Positions 38,155 to 48,624 of a stretch of DNA of 64,000 bases are shown in pieces (the stretch's first letter is position 1; every line of letters begins with the position of its first letter). The DNA comes from Pseudobdellovibrionaceae bacterium (GTDB taxonomy: Bacteria > Bdellovibrionota > Bdellovibrionia > Bdellovibrionales > UBA1609), in the NCBI GenBank assembly GCA_030591685.1, contig JAUVAX010000003.1, positions 744 to 64,743 of the forward strand, read 5' to 3'. A program made the position numbers and the translations under genes. Below the pieces are notes generated by a model, which saw nothing but the letters and a program-made list of their open reading frames with translations, had not been told where the DNA came from and did not search any database.

Positions 38155-38805
38155 ATGAGTATCGCTGCTTCTCTTGTAAAAGATCTTAGAGCAAAAACAG
38201 GCGCAGGCATGATGGACTGTAAAAAAGCCCTTCAAAAAGTCGACGGAAACTTTGATGAGGCCATTAAGTGGCTGCGCACAAACGGCTTAAGCCAGGCGGC
38301 TAAAAAATCAGGTCGAACCGCTGCCGAGGGTCTTGTGACAACTTATCTCCACGGGGATGGCCGCATTGGTGTACTTTTAGAGGTAAACTCAGAAACAGAC
38401 TTTGTAGCGCGCAACGAGGATTTTCAGGCTTTTTGCAAAGACATCGCCCTGCATATTGCTGCTATGAACCCACGATTTACCACTTCAGAAGAAATCCCCG
38501 AAAGCCTGCGCAGTGCCGAGAAAGATGTTCTCTCATCAAAAGCCATTGCTGAGGGTAAAAAACCTGAATTTTTAGATAAAATTTTAGACGGCCAGCTTAA
38601 AAAATGGGCCAGTGAAATGTGCTTAATGGATCAAAAGTTTGTTAAAAACCCAGACAAAACAATCCACGAAACCCTAACAGACCTCATTGCAAAAATTGGA
38701 GAGAACATTGTTATTCGACGATTCTCTCGATTTGAACTTGGAGAGGGCATCGAAAAAAAGCAAGAGAGCTTTGCCGACGAAGTAGCAGCACAACTTAAAA
38801 ACTAA
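38155..38805 (+). CDS. tsf: Elongation factor Ts (short form)
   Basis: LVKDLRAKTGAGMMDCKKAL N-terminal UBA-like signature. Sits in the rpsB-tsf-pyrH-frr context. Confidence 0.93.
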   Translation: MSIAASLVKDLRAKTGAGMMDCKKALQKVDGNFDEAIKWLRTNGLSQAAKKSGRTAAEGLVTTYLHGDGRIGVLLEVNSETDFVARNEDFQAFCKDIALHIAAMNPRFTTSEEIPESLRSAEKDVLSSKAIAEGKKPEFLDKILDGQLKKWASEMCLMDQKFVKNPDKTIHETLTDLIAKIGENIVIRRFSRFELGEGIEKKQESFADEVAAQLKN

Positions 38806-39534
<729 letters not shown>

Positions 39535-39546
39535 GAGCCTAAAAAA

Positions 39547-40104
39547 ATGTCAGATCAATTAAACGAGTCCACCAAGCAATTAATGATTAAGGCTATTGAC
39601 TCTCTCACCAGTGATTTAAAAAAAGTTCGTACCGGGCGCGCTAATGCCTCTATGTTAGACTCTGTTATGGTTGTTTACTACGGAACACCCACCCCACTAA
39701 GTCAGGTGGCTACTGTTTCTTGCCCTGACGCAAAATCTTTTTTAATCACACCCTGGGAGGCCTCAGTTTTAAAAGATGTTGAGGGCGCACTTGTAAATGC
39801 TAACCTGGGCATGAGTCCGCAAAATGACGGCAAGGCTCTTCGTCTACGGGTGCCTGAGCTGACTGAAGAACGACGTAAAGTTCTTGTAAAAAACATTAAA
39901 AAAAGTGTTGAAGATGCTCGGATTTCTATTCGTATGGCCCGCAAAAACGCTAATGATGAAATAAAAAAACAACTAAAAGATAAAGAGATTAGCGAGGACG
40001 AGCAAAAGCGCACTCAAGACAGTGTCCAAAAATTAACCGATGAATACATTAAGGTTATTGATAAAATGTCTGATGATAAAGAAAAAGAGCTTCTCACCGT
40101 CTAA
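39547..40104 (+). CDS. frr: Ribosome recycling factor
   Basis: 185 aa with LKKVRTGRANASMLD and LRVPELTEERRK. Confidence 0.95.
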   Translation: MSDQLNESTKQLMIKAIDSLTSDLKKVRTGRANASMLDSVMVVYYGTPTPLSQVATVSCPDAKSFLITPWEASVLKDVEGALVNANLGMSPQNDGKALRLRVPELTEERRKVLVKNIKKSVEDARISIRMARKNANDEIKKQLKDKEISEDEQKRTQDSVQKLTDEYIKVIDKMSDDKEKELLTV

Positions 40105-40850
40105 TGGGTCACGCTAAGAACGAGCTTAAACATTTAGCTATTATTATGGACGGGAACGGCCGGTGGGCGCGCAAGAGAGGACACAGTCGCTTTTGGGGCC
40201 ACATACGAGGAGCTAAGGTCGCCCGAACAATTATTGAACATGCGGCAGAATCAAAAATACCCATACTCAGCCTTTTTGCTTTTAGTTCTGAAAACTGGGG
40301 CCGCCCAAAAGAAGAAGTCTCCTTTTTAATGAGGCTTTTACAAAAACAACTTTCAAAAGAACTGGTCACTTTAAAAAAGCATAATGTTAAGTTTACTTGT
40401 ATTGGGCAAATTGACTCTCTCCCCCCGAGCACACAAAAAATTGTTCATGAGGCGATTGAGCTCACTAAAAATAATACCGGCACACAACTTATTTTTGCGC
40501 TCAATTATAGTGGGCGCAGCGACATTGTAAGAGCCACAAAAAAAATTACACAAAAAATAAAATCCGGACTTCTTGAAAGTAGCGAGATTACTGAGGGCCT
40601 GTTCGCCGACCACCTAGAAACGGCCCAGTTTTCAGACCCCGACCTTATCATCCGCACAAGTGGTGAAGTGCGACTTTCAAACTTTATGTTGTGGCAGGCC
40701 GCCTACAGTGAGCTGCATTTTTCAAACTCTTATTGGCCAGACTTTACCGTTCGAGAGCTTAACCAAGCCATTGCGCACTATCAAAAAACTCAACGGCGAT
40801 TTGGAAAAGTGACCCCCACCAGCATCACCCCCACTCCCAACACCCCATAG
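40104..40850 (+). CDS. uppS: Undecaprenyl-diphosphate synthase
   Basis: HLAIIMDGNGRWA, LFAFSSENWGRP, IRTSGEVRLSNFMLWQAAYSE. The ATG shares one base with the frr stop codon. Confidence 0.95.
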   Translation: MGHAKNELKHLAIIMDGNGRWARKRGHSRFWGHIRGAKVARTIIEHAAESKIPILSLFAFSSENWGRPKEEVSFLMRLLQKQLSKELVTLKKHNVKFTCIGQIDSLPPSTQKIVHEAIELTKNNTGTQLIFALNYSGRSDIVRATKKITQKIKSGLLESSEITEGLFADHLETAQFSDPDLIIRTSGEVRLSNFMLWQAAYSELHFSNSYWPDFTVRELNQAIAHYQKTQRRFGKVTPTSITPTPNTP

Positions 40851-40859
40851 AGGTTCTAA

Positions 40860-41678
40860 ATGAGTGAACTCACAAAACGCATCCTCTCTAGCCTTGCTAT
40901 TGTAGCCCTACTTACGGGGCTTTACTTAGGATTTAAAGAGCATGGGCTTTATGTCGCCGGTGTTCTCATTATTCTTGGTGGCGCCTATGAGTACTGGACG
41001 CTCACTATAAAAAAAATATCAAACAACAAAGTTATTTTTGGTATTTTTTTAGTCTTTAATTTTTGTTTGTTGGCCTCCCCTAGTGTTGTTGTTTCTTTAA
41101 GCCTCTTGGGGCCCTTGTGTGTTCTTCTTATTTCGACTTCCTTGTGGCTTTTGCGTGGGAAGCTTGAAAACTCAAAACTACAAAGCCTGACTCTTTCTCT
41201 GTCTTTTGGCCTTCTGTACGCGGGGCTTCTGCCAAAATTTGCGCTAGGTCTATTGCTCGAAAACCAAGGGCTGCTGTATTTTTTGCTCTTACTTGTGATT
41301 GTCTTTGCTTCAGACATTTTTGCCTATGTAGGTGGTCGACTTTTTGGGAAAACACCGTTTATGCCCGCTATTTCCCCTAATAAGACCGTTGAGGGCTCTA
41401 TTTCGGGGACCCTCTTCTCTGGGCTCACTGCTATACTGTTTGCCTCAATGACTCATTTGCTTTCAGGCCCCCTTGTTCTTTGGTTTTTAGCGGCCCTTTT
41501 GATCTCATTTGTGTCCCAAACGGGTGATTTATTTCAGTCCCTACTTAAAAGGTCCGCTGGGGTTAAAGATTCAGGTAAGTTTATGCCTGGGCATGGTGGA
41601 GTACTTGACCGCCTTGATGGCGTTTATTTTGCGGCTCCCGTTTTTTGGTTTTTGATGCAGTTTGTGGTCAACAAGTAG
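40860..41678 (+). CDS. cdsA: Phosphatidate cytidylyltransferase
   Basis: SLLKRSAGVKDSGKFMPGHGGVLDRLD signature. Polytopic membrane protein. Confidence 0.92.
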   Translation: MSELTKRILSSLAIVALLTGLYLGFKEHGLYVAGVLIILGGAYEYWTLTIKKISNNKVIFGIFLVFNFCLLASPSVVVSLSLLGPLCVLLISTSLWLLRGKLENSKLQSLTLSLSFGLLYAGLLPKFALGLLLENQGLLYFLLLLVIVFASDIFAYVGGRLFGKTPFMPAISPNKTVEGSISGTLFSGLTAILFASMTHLLSGPLVLWFLAALLISFVSQTGDLFQSLLKRSAGVKDSGKFMPGHGGVLDRLDGVYFAAPVFWFLMQFVVNK

Positions 41679-41792
41679 GCCTCTGATCTTAAGTCCTAAT
41701 GCTAGGCAAAAAATACCCACCCAACTATAACCTTGGTGCATTTTATCAAAATAACCCTACCGTTAATAACACTAAAATATTAACATACTTTT

Positions 41793-43478
41793 ATGGATAT
41801 TATATTTACAAGCATCATGAAGTTTATTTTAACCGTTGGTCCCTTTTTTCTCTTACTAGGGGTGCTTATATTCGTTCACGAATTTGGTCACTTTATAGTT
41901 GCGAAGTACTTTGGTGTTCGCGTAGAGGTTTTTAGCATCGGTTTTGGGAAAAAGCTCTTTCAAAGAAAGCGCGGCGACACAAATTACTGCATTTCAGCTA
42001 TCCCACTTGGCGGATACGTTAAAATGTTTGGTGATGACCCTTCTAAAGAAATAGATGAGAGCCAAAAAAAATACTCTTTTTTACACCAACCACTCGTCCC
42101 CCGTATGTTAATTGTTTTAGCCGGACCCATGATTAATTTAGTGTTTGCCGTATTTATTTTTGCTGTCGTTGCAATGGTCGGCGAAAATTTGCCGGCACCC
42201 ATTGTTGGTGACCTCAATGTGAGTTCTGCCGCTCAAAAAGCAGGGTTTAAATCTGGCGATAAAATATTAAAAATAAATGATAAACAAGTCGTAAGCTGGA
42301 TCGATATTTCAAAAAAAATAAAAAGTAGCCCCGACAAGCTCTTAAATTTTGAGGTCTCTAGAGCCGGCAGCCTCACAAAACTCAGCGCTACCCCACAGTG
42401 GGGCGACAACGACAATATCATAAGTTATGACGAACGTGTTGGAGTCATTGAGGGCTTTACTTTACGCTCTGAAGCCGCGCTTGTGGGGGTTTCAAACTCG
42501 GCCTCTACAGCTTTTAAAGCTAATCTCCCTACTGTTTCGCTCATCGAAAAAATAAATAATATCGATATAAAATTTTACCGTGATATTGCCCCTGCTCTTA
42601 AAAATAATATTGGAAAGCCCTTAAATATTACCTTCAAAGACTATCTTAATAAAGACAACCCGGCCTCTAAAACCGTTGAAATCAACAGTTGGGGACTTGA
42701 TATTAATACTTCAGATAGTGAGGCCCTAAAGGCGTTTGGGTTTGATCACCCGGGTCTTTATTTGGCTGCCATTAAAAGCTCCTCTCCGGCTGATAATGCC
42801 GGTCTGAAGCCTGGAGACAAACTCACCGCGCTGAATGGCAACCCACTTGAGAGTTGGGATCAAATTTTAAATAATGTTAAGGGCTTTAAGTCTGACAGTG
42901 GTGATATTAAGTTTTCTATTTTAAGGCAGGGAAAGCCTCTAACTTTGGCCATTAAGCCTGAAATGACATCTGTAATGACAGCAAAGGGTCAAGAGGAGCA
43001 GCGCTTTACAATTGGCATCGTCCCGGCTCTTGGTTATGTCAGTGGTGGCAGCGTGTTTATCCGCACCCTTAACCCGGCAACGGCTTTGTGGAAGGGTGTT
43101 ACGCAATCTTATCGTTGGACAGTGCTTACGGTAATGAGTTTTGTGCGACTGATACAAAACAAGGTCAGTCCTAAAAACATTGGTGGCATCATCGCTATTG
43201 GACGTGTTGCAAGTGAATCTTTTGCCATTGGAATCTCTGCTTTTTTAAAGATGATGGCTATAATATCAATTAATCTTTTTATTTTAAACCTTCTGCCCAT
43301 ACCTGTTCTTGATGGTGGTCATTTGGTTTTCTTCTCTATAGAGGCTCTTAAAGGCGCACCTTTAAGCTTGAAAAAAATGGAGATGGCACAGACCGTTGGG
43401 ATGGTTTTATTAATGACCCTCATGGTTTTTGCCTTATTTAACGATGTCACAAATCTTTATTCAATTTTAAGCTGGTAA
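41793..43478 (+). CDS. rseP: RIP zinc metalloprotease RseP (site-2 protease), enlarged PDZ region
   Basis: HEFGH in the first TM region. PDZ-like GFKSGDKILKIN and GLKPGDKLTALNG. LNLLPIPVLDGGH motif. Confidence 0.92.
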   Translation: MDIIFTSIMKFILTVGPFFLLLGVLIFVHEFGHFIVAKYFGVRVEVFSIGFGKKLFQRKRGDTNYCISAIPLGGYVKMFGDDPSKEIDESQKKYSFLHQPLVPRMLIVLAGPMINLVFAVFIFAVVAMVGENLPAPIVGDLNVSSAAQKAGFKSGDKILKINDKQVVSWIDISKKIKSSPDKLLNFEVSRAGSLTKLSATPQWGDNDNIISYDERVGVIEGFTLRSEAALVGVSNSASTAFKANLPTVSLIEKINNIDIKFYRDIAPALKNNIGKPLNITFKDYLNKDNPASKTVEINSWGLDINTSDSEALKAFGFDHPGLYLAAIKSSSPADNAGLKPGDKLTALNGNPLESWDQILNNVKGFKSDSGDIKFSILRQGKPLTLAIKPEMTSVMTAKGQEEQRFTIGIVPALGYVSGGSVFIRTLNPATALWKGVTQSYRWTVLTVMSFVRLIQNKVSPKNIGGIIAIGRVASESFAIGISAFLKMMAIISINLFILNLLPIPVLDGGHLVFFSIEALKGAPLSLKKMEMAQTVGMVLLMTLMVFALFNDVTNLYSILSW

Positions 43479-43486
43479 TAACCACT

Positions 43487-44239
43487 ATGAGGTATTTAAC
43501 CATAGAGACCAGCTCTCCTGCCGCCGGGGTTTGCCTCGCCGAAAGGCTTGGTCATGAGCACCATGTTTTGTACACGAAAACATGGGTCAGAAAAAAAGCC
43601 CCCCCTGGCAAGCGCCATAAAACGCCCTCACACTCGGAGTTGGCGGGGCAGTATATTGAACAAGGGCTCAAGCAAACAGGCCTTAACCTTAGTGATTTTG
43701 ATTTTTTTTACACTTCAAACGGCCCTGGTAGTTTTACAGGTATTCGCGTCGGAGTTAATATAGCAAAAGCTTACTGTTATGCCCTCAATAAACCCCTCAA
43801 AGCGATGAATTCATTAAAGGCTTTGGCTCTGAATGCTCGGCTGCAAAAAGTACCCATACTGTGCCTGGTAAATGCTTTTAAAAACCAAATGTACGTCGGG
43901 CGTTATGAAGCCACCAGTAATAATTTAATCGAAACTTTGGCCCCATGCTCTTTAACAATTAATGACCTTGAGGGTTTAATCACGGCCCCACACCTTTGTC
44001 TAGGTGATGGCTACGACACCTACTCTGAGTACTTTTCCCCTGGTTTGAAAAAAAATCTTGTTCGCTCAAAAACCTATAAAGACTCTCCTCGAGTTGAACT
44101 CATTTCAGAGTTCCTCTCAAGCAACATTGACTCTTGTCCAGAAAAGCCCTGGAAAGACCTTGCCCCTCTTTATATTCGCCAGTCAGAGGCCGAAGAGAAG
44201 CTAAGCAAAGGTTTGTTAAAGCCCTTGCCTAAACTTTAA
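43487..44239 (+). CDS. tsaB: tRNA t6A37 biosynthesis protein TsaB
   Basis: IETSSP...GPGSFTGIRVGVNIAK signature. Confidence 0.8.
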   Translation: MRYLTIETSSPAAGVCLAERLGHEHHVLYTKTWVRKKAPPGKRHKTPSHSELAGQYIEQGLKQTGLNLSDFDFFYTSNGPGSFTGIRVGVNIAKAYCYALNKPLKAMNSLKALALNARLQKVPILCLVNAFKNQMYVGRYEATSNNLIETLAPCSLTINDLEGLITAPHLCLGDGYDTYSEYFSPGLKKNLVRSKTYKDSPRVELISEFLSSNIDSCPEKPWKDLAPLYIRQSEAEEKLSKGLLKPLPKL

Positions 44240-44250
44240 TACATACACAA

Positions 44251-45231
44251 GTGGCAAAAGTGACCAAACTTACTGAACTTAATAAATATAAAAACCTGAG
44301 AGGGCTCTCGCCCTCGGCTGCTAATATTTGGGCTATTGCTGGCGGCAAAGGCGGCGTTGGAAAATCGTTTATTAGCTCCGGCCTCTCTCTTTTTTTAGCC
44401 AAACAAGGGTTTACTACGGTCATCATTGATTTGGACTTTGATTCTCCAAATATACACACCTATTTGGGCCTTCCGGCTCCGGAGAAAAAAATAAAATCTA
44501 TCACCGACAACAACACCTATGACCTAGAAAGCATTATGATTGACACACACTTGCCTAATTTAAAATTTATCAGTTGCTACTCTGACGATGTCACTCAAAC
44601 GCCCCTCTCTATAAATGAAAAAAGTAAACTTATGTCGGCAATACACAATCTTAATGTGGATTATATTATTTTAGACCTTAATGCTGGCATACAGGACGCA
44701 ACGATTGATTTTTTTAACCTTGCCCAAAAACATATTGTTGTCACCACTCCTGACCCCTTAAGCATTGAAAGCACTTATCGATTTATGAAGACCTCTTTTC
44801 ACCGCCACCTCTTGCGGGTAGAGTCGCAGTTTCAACTCAACAGGCATTCCTCAGAGTTTATGAAAAACCCCGAGCAGTACAATATCTCAACACCTGCTGA
44901 CTTGTTGTATACATTAAATGAATATGATTCTAAAAATGCCGCCCCACTATTAAATCTTATGTCTGAATATGGCTTTCAAATTATCCTTAATCAGGCTCGA
45001 TCTATGAAAGATGAGGTCGTTGGCCAATCTATGCAGCTTGTATGCAATAAATACTTTGGGGTCCCTTCGGAGTTCATTGCCCGGTTGGATTATGACAATG
45101 GCATTTGGCAGTCTATAAGGCGCAGAAAGCATTTACTTATGGAAAATTCTCACAGCAAGCTCTACTCACAATTATTAACTGCAACACGCTCACTTATTGA
45201 TTCAAATTTACCACATAAGATGGCATGCTAG
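44251..45231 (+). CDS. MinD/ParA/FlhG-family P-loop ATPase
   Basis: Deviant Walker A AGGKGGVGKS and Walker B-like YIILDLNAG. GTG start. Confidence 0.8.
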   Translation: MAKVTKLTELNKYKNLRGLSPSAANIWAIAGGKGGVGKSFISSGLSLFLAKQGFTTVIIDLDFDSPNIHTYLGLPAPEKKIKSITDNNTYDLESIMIDTHLPNLKFISCYSDDVTQTPLSINEKSKLMSAIHNLNVDYIILDLNAGIQDATIDFFNLAQKHIVVTTPDPLSIESTYRFMKTSFHRHLLRVESQFQLNRHSSEFMKNPEQYNISTPADLLYTLNEYDSKNAAPLLNLMSEYGFQIILNQARSMKDEVVGQSMQLVCNKYFGVPSEFIARLDYDNGIWQSIRRRKHLLMENSHSKLYSQLLTATRSLIDSNLPHKMAC

Positions 45232-45234
45232 GTT

Positions 45235-45876
45235 ATGAGCAAAGCTATTCTCTCACAAAACTATTATGACCTCCTTGAGGTTCCATTAGATGCCGGGTCT
45301 GATCAAATACAAAGAGCTTACCTTCAGGCAAAGGAAACCTTTTCTTGTGATAATCCTGCTCTTTTTTCTGTTTTTACAAAAAAAGAGGCCCAGGAGCTTA
45401 TGACTCTTATAGATGATGCCTTTCAGGTTCTTAGTAACGCCGAGTCAAAGCGAAAGTATGACCACAAAATAACTGAGGTTTCTTTTTCTGAAAATGTCCC
45501 GGCCCCTCCCCCTGAAAATGCTGACAAACCAGGACGCCAGAAAACTCTGCCAGACGGGCATGCTCGAACAAAAATTAGCTCCTATAAGGTCAATCATGAG
45601 TACGAGGAAGAGCTTTTATCCATAGATTTATTTGACGGCATACAGCTCCGAAGACTTCGAGAGTCTAGAAACATTGATATCCCCTCGCTGAGCCAGTTAA
45701 CACGCGTTAGTAAATCCTACCTCGAAGCCTTAGAGGACAATAGTTTTAAAGACCTCCCCGCCCCTGTTTTTGTTAGAGGCTTTCTCAAGCAACTCTTAAG
45801 CACATACGAAATAAATGATGAACGCCTCATTAAGTCATATATGATGAACTTAAAAACAAGCCTTGAAGCCAAGTAG
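45235..45876 (+). CDS. J-like domain (HPD replaced by SCD) fused to RodZ/XRE-type helix-turn-helix
   Basis: NYYDLLEVPLDAGSDQIQRAYLQAKETFSCDNP...AFQVLSNAESKRKYD. C-terminal LRRLRESRNIDIPSLSQLTRVSKSYLEALE...VFVRGFLK. No TM segment. Confidence 0.65.
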   Translation: MSKAILSQNYYDLLEVPLDAGSDQIQRAYLQAKETFSCDNPALFSVFTKKEAQELMTLIDDAFQVLSNAESKRKYDHKITEVSFSENVPAPPPENADKPGRQKTLPDGHARTKISSYKVNHEYEEELLSIDLFDGIQLRRLRESRNIDIPSLSQLTRVSKSYLEALEDNSFKDLPAPVFVRGFLKQLLSTYEINDERLIKSYMMNLKTSLEAK

Positions 45877-46846
45877 CGACGATCTTACCATTTCTATTAC
45901 CTTTGACGGGCAGGACTCTGAGCCCCGCATTGATAAATATTTAGCCTCTCTGGACCAAATAAACTCAAGAAACAAAGCCTTGCAGCTTATAAAATTAGGA
46001 TTAGTCCTTGTAGACAGCAAGCCTGTTAAGGCCTCGTATAAACTCCAGGCGGGGGATCAAATATGCATAACCCTCCCCAAAACAGAGCCCTCGTCCGCTT
46101 TGATCCCCTTAGACTTAGAGCTTAATGTTGCTTACGAAGATTCAGACGTTATTGTTATCAACAAACCGGCGGGCCTAGTTGTACACCCCGCTGTGGGACA
46201 TGAAAATGACACTCTCGTAAATGCTCTTATTCACCACTGTAAAGACCTCGCCATGGGGTTTAACGAAAATCGCCCGGGCATTGTTCATCGAATTGACAAG
46301 GGGACGAGCGGGCTCCTTGTTGTTGCCAAAAATGATGTGGCCCACGAGCACCTTTCTTTACAGTTTAAAAATAAAACTATACACCGTATTTATAACGCTA
46401 TTGTGTTTGGCCAGCCAAAATTTTCAAATAAAACAATAACAACACATCTGCGCAGACACCCACACCTTAGAAAAAAGTATGCCTCTGAGGACATACTCCC
46501 CGGGGCTCTACCAAAGGGGAAGCTGGCGACCACTCATGTGAGGGTTTTAAAAAATTACTCAAATGGTCTGTCTTTAATTGAGTGTCAACTTGAAACGGGT
46601 CGCACACACCAAATTAGGGTTCATTTGTCTGAGGCCGGTTACCCCATCGTGGGTGATGATACGTACGGCGGTAAATCCAGAGCCAAGGGACTTAAAGGCG
46701 TGCACTTAAGAAAACTCATAAAAGAAATGCCGCGTTTTGCGCTGCACGCCTGCGAGCTTGGGTTTGTTCACCCAAAAACTAACAAGACTTTAAGCTTTAA
46801 AGCTCCCTTCCCCAGCGACTTGGAAAACTTAAAAACTGATTCATAG
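45863..46846 (+). CDS. rluD: RluA-family 23S rRNA pseudouridine synthase (RluD-like)
   Basis: S4-like RIDKYLA. Catalytic HRIDKGTSGLLVVAK. TGRTHQIRVHL. Confidence 0.88.
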   Translation: MKPSSDDLTISITFDGQDSEPRIDKYLASLDQINSRNKALQLIKLGLVLVDSKPVKASYKLQAGDQICITLPKTEPSSALIPLDLELNVAYEDSDVIVINKPAGLVVHPAVGHENDTLVNALIHHCKDLAMGFNENRPGIVHRIDKGTSGLLVVAKNDVAHEHLSLQFKNKTIHRIYNAIVFGQPKFSNKTITTHLRRHPHLRKKYASEDILPGALPKGKLATTHVRVLKNYSNGLSLIECQLETGRTHQIRVHLSEAGYPIVGDDTYGGKSRAKGLKGVHLRKLIKEMPRFALHACELGFVHPKTNKTLSFKAPFPSDLENLKTDS

Positions 46847-46902
46847 TTTAAAGCTATTAAATGTTTTGTCGGCTCCGTTTTTATATTTTAACATATGCCT
46901 AT

Positions 46903-47571
46903 ATGAAATTAAAAACATACAAAATAAATAATGTTGAGATGGGTGATTATTACGAGACACCCGATTATTTTATTTTTTTTGGAAATAATCGGTCCACCCT
47001 TGAGACCTTAAAAACTCATTTTCACAACTATAGCTTTTTATTTTTAAAACAAGTTCACGGCGACTCTTTAGTTGTTGCCGATAAAAGTAAAACACCAGAG
47101 GCCGATGGTCAGAGCACCACCGAGCCTCTGTTGGCTCTTAGCATTGTCACCGCCGACTGCTTGCCCGTGCTATATTATACTAAAAACACAGCCGTTGCCT
47201 TGCATTGTGGTTGGCGGGGTTTGCAAAAAAATATTATTGCCTCTTCTTATTTAGTCCATAAAGAAAAGCCCCTAAGAGCCTTTATTGGGCCTCATATACA
47301 GGAAGAGAGCTTTGAAGTGGGCCACGAAGTCACTCAGGCCCTTTTACCGCATATTCAAAAGCTTAAAACTCTAGAGCCCTGTATTTTGCCGCACAAAGAC
47401 AGTGAAAAAGATTACCTCAATTTAAAGCTCCTTGCCCAAAATCAACTTTTTGGCATCAAAACAGTCACCTCAAACATAGATACGCTAAAAAACACCAAAT
47501 ATCATAGCTTTCGACGTGACAAACCGAACTCTGGGAGAAATATTAGCTTTATTGTAAAAAAGGAGCCCTGA
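46903..47571 (+). CDS. pgeF: PgeF/YfiH-family (laccase-domain, peptidoglycan editing factor) protein
   Basis: VTADCLPV and HCGWRG motifs, plus SFRRD near the C-terminus. The start is ambiguous (46861 or 46903). Confidence 0.75.
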   Translation: MKLKTYKINNVEMGDYYETPDYFIFFGNNRSTLETLKTHFHNYSFLFLKQVHGDSLVVADKSKTPEADGQSTTEPLLALSIVTADCLPVLYYTKNTAVALHCGWRGLQKNIIASSYLVHKEKPLRAFIGPHIQEESFEVGHEVTQALLPHIQKLKTLEPCILPHKDSEKDYLNLKLLAQNQLFGIKTVTSNIDTLKNTKYHSFRRDKPNSGRNISFIVKKEP

Positions 47572-47572
47572 T

Positions 47573-48622
47573 ATGAAACCCGCAATGTTTTTGATTTTCT
47601 GTTTTTTTATGCCCTTAAACCTTTTCGCCACCCCCTCTCCGTTAACAGGCAAGTATATTGATAACCACGTACATGTTGCTTGTTATGGGTTTAACTCTAA
47701 GTGCTACGTTTCTGAACGAATGATGAACTCCTACAAGCTCCCCGTATATGAAAGGCTTTTTAACTTTAGCTACGATGAGGCAAGAAAACATGGGGATGGT
47801 ATTTTATTTAAAAAAATTCATGCTCAGGTCCAAGAATCAAAATTTATTAAACAAGTCGTGCTCTTGGCAATGGATGAGGTTTACTCTGAGTCCGGTGAAA
47901 TAAAAAAAGATGAAACCGAGTACTATGTCCCCAATACCTTTGTAGCGACTCATGCAAAAAAATTTAATACACTTTTATTTGGCGCTAGCGTGCACCCCTA
48001 CAGAAAGGACGCTCTTCAAGAGCTTGAAAGGGTTAAGGCGAACGGGGCTGTTTTAATAAAGCTCTTACCGGCCATACAGCATTTTCATGCTGATAAAAAA
48101 AGCCTAACTGCCTATTATAAAAAACTAGTTCAGCTTAAACTCCCCCTTCTTATCCACATGGATGACGAGCACTCGTTTTCGAAAACTAAAGACATCTATT
48201 CTAATCCGGCCAAACTAGAGCTTCCGCTGAGCCTGGGCGTTACTGTTATTTGCTCTCACGCCGCCTCACTCGGTCAACGGTCTGGCCAAGAAACCTTTGA
48301 TATACTTTTAAACTTAAAAAATAAATACTCGAACCTTTATGCTGATATTTCAGCCCTCACCCAAGCACGAACCAGGCACGGTCATATAAAAAAAATAGTC
48401 GCAGAGCCTCGTTGGAAAGATCGCACCCTTTATGGTTCTGACTGGCCGTTAACGCACCAAGTTCTATCCTCCCCGCTGTACTATGTTTTTGACCTTGGAG
48501 TTGCTAAATCATGGGAGCTTTTTAGGACTAAAAACACTTGGGACCGAGATGTTTTAATAAAAAAAGCCTTTGGTGTTACAGAGGACGTTTTTTTAAGAAC
48601 AGAGCAGCTTCTTAAACTTTAA
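47573..48622 (+). CDS. Amidohydrolase-fold (TIM-barrel metal-dependent hydrolase) protein with signal peptide
   Basis: NHVHV near the N-terminus, HMDDEH, and YGSDWPL near the C-terminus. Hydrophobic N-terminus. Confidence 0.55.
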   Translation: MKPAMFLIFCFFMPLNLFATPSPLTGKYIDNHVHVACYGFNSKCYVSERMMNSYKLPVYERLFNFSYDEARKHGDGILFKKIHAQVQESKFIKQVVLLAMDEVYSESGEIKKDETEYYVPNTFVATHAKKFNTLLFGASVHPYRKDALQELERVKANGAVLIKLLPAIQHFHADKKSLTAYYKKLVQLKLPLLIHMDDEHSFSKTKDIYSNPAKLELPLSLGVTVICSHAASLGQRSGQETFDILLNLKNKYSNLYADISALTQARTRHGHIKKIVAEPRWKDRTLYGSDWPLTHQVLSSPLYYVFDLGVAKSWELFRTKNTWDRDVLIKKAFGVTEDVFLRTEQLLKL

Positions 48623-48624
48623 AC

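Noticed and set aside
40104-41792. Absence of dxr from the frr-uppS-cdsA-rseP block as evidence for a non-MEP isoprenoid route
   Set aside because: frr and uppS overlap, and the 114-bp cdsA-rseP gap has no ORF, so dxr is indeed not here. Absence from one window says nothing about the genome, since dxr may lie elsewhere.
41699-41935. 78-aa plus-strand ORF in the cdsA-rseP gap
   Set aside because: It overlaps the rseP start in another frame, and its Tyr/Asn-rich translation has no RBS. rseP is clearly the real gene.
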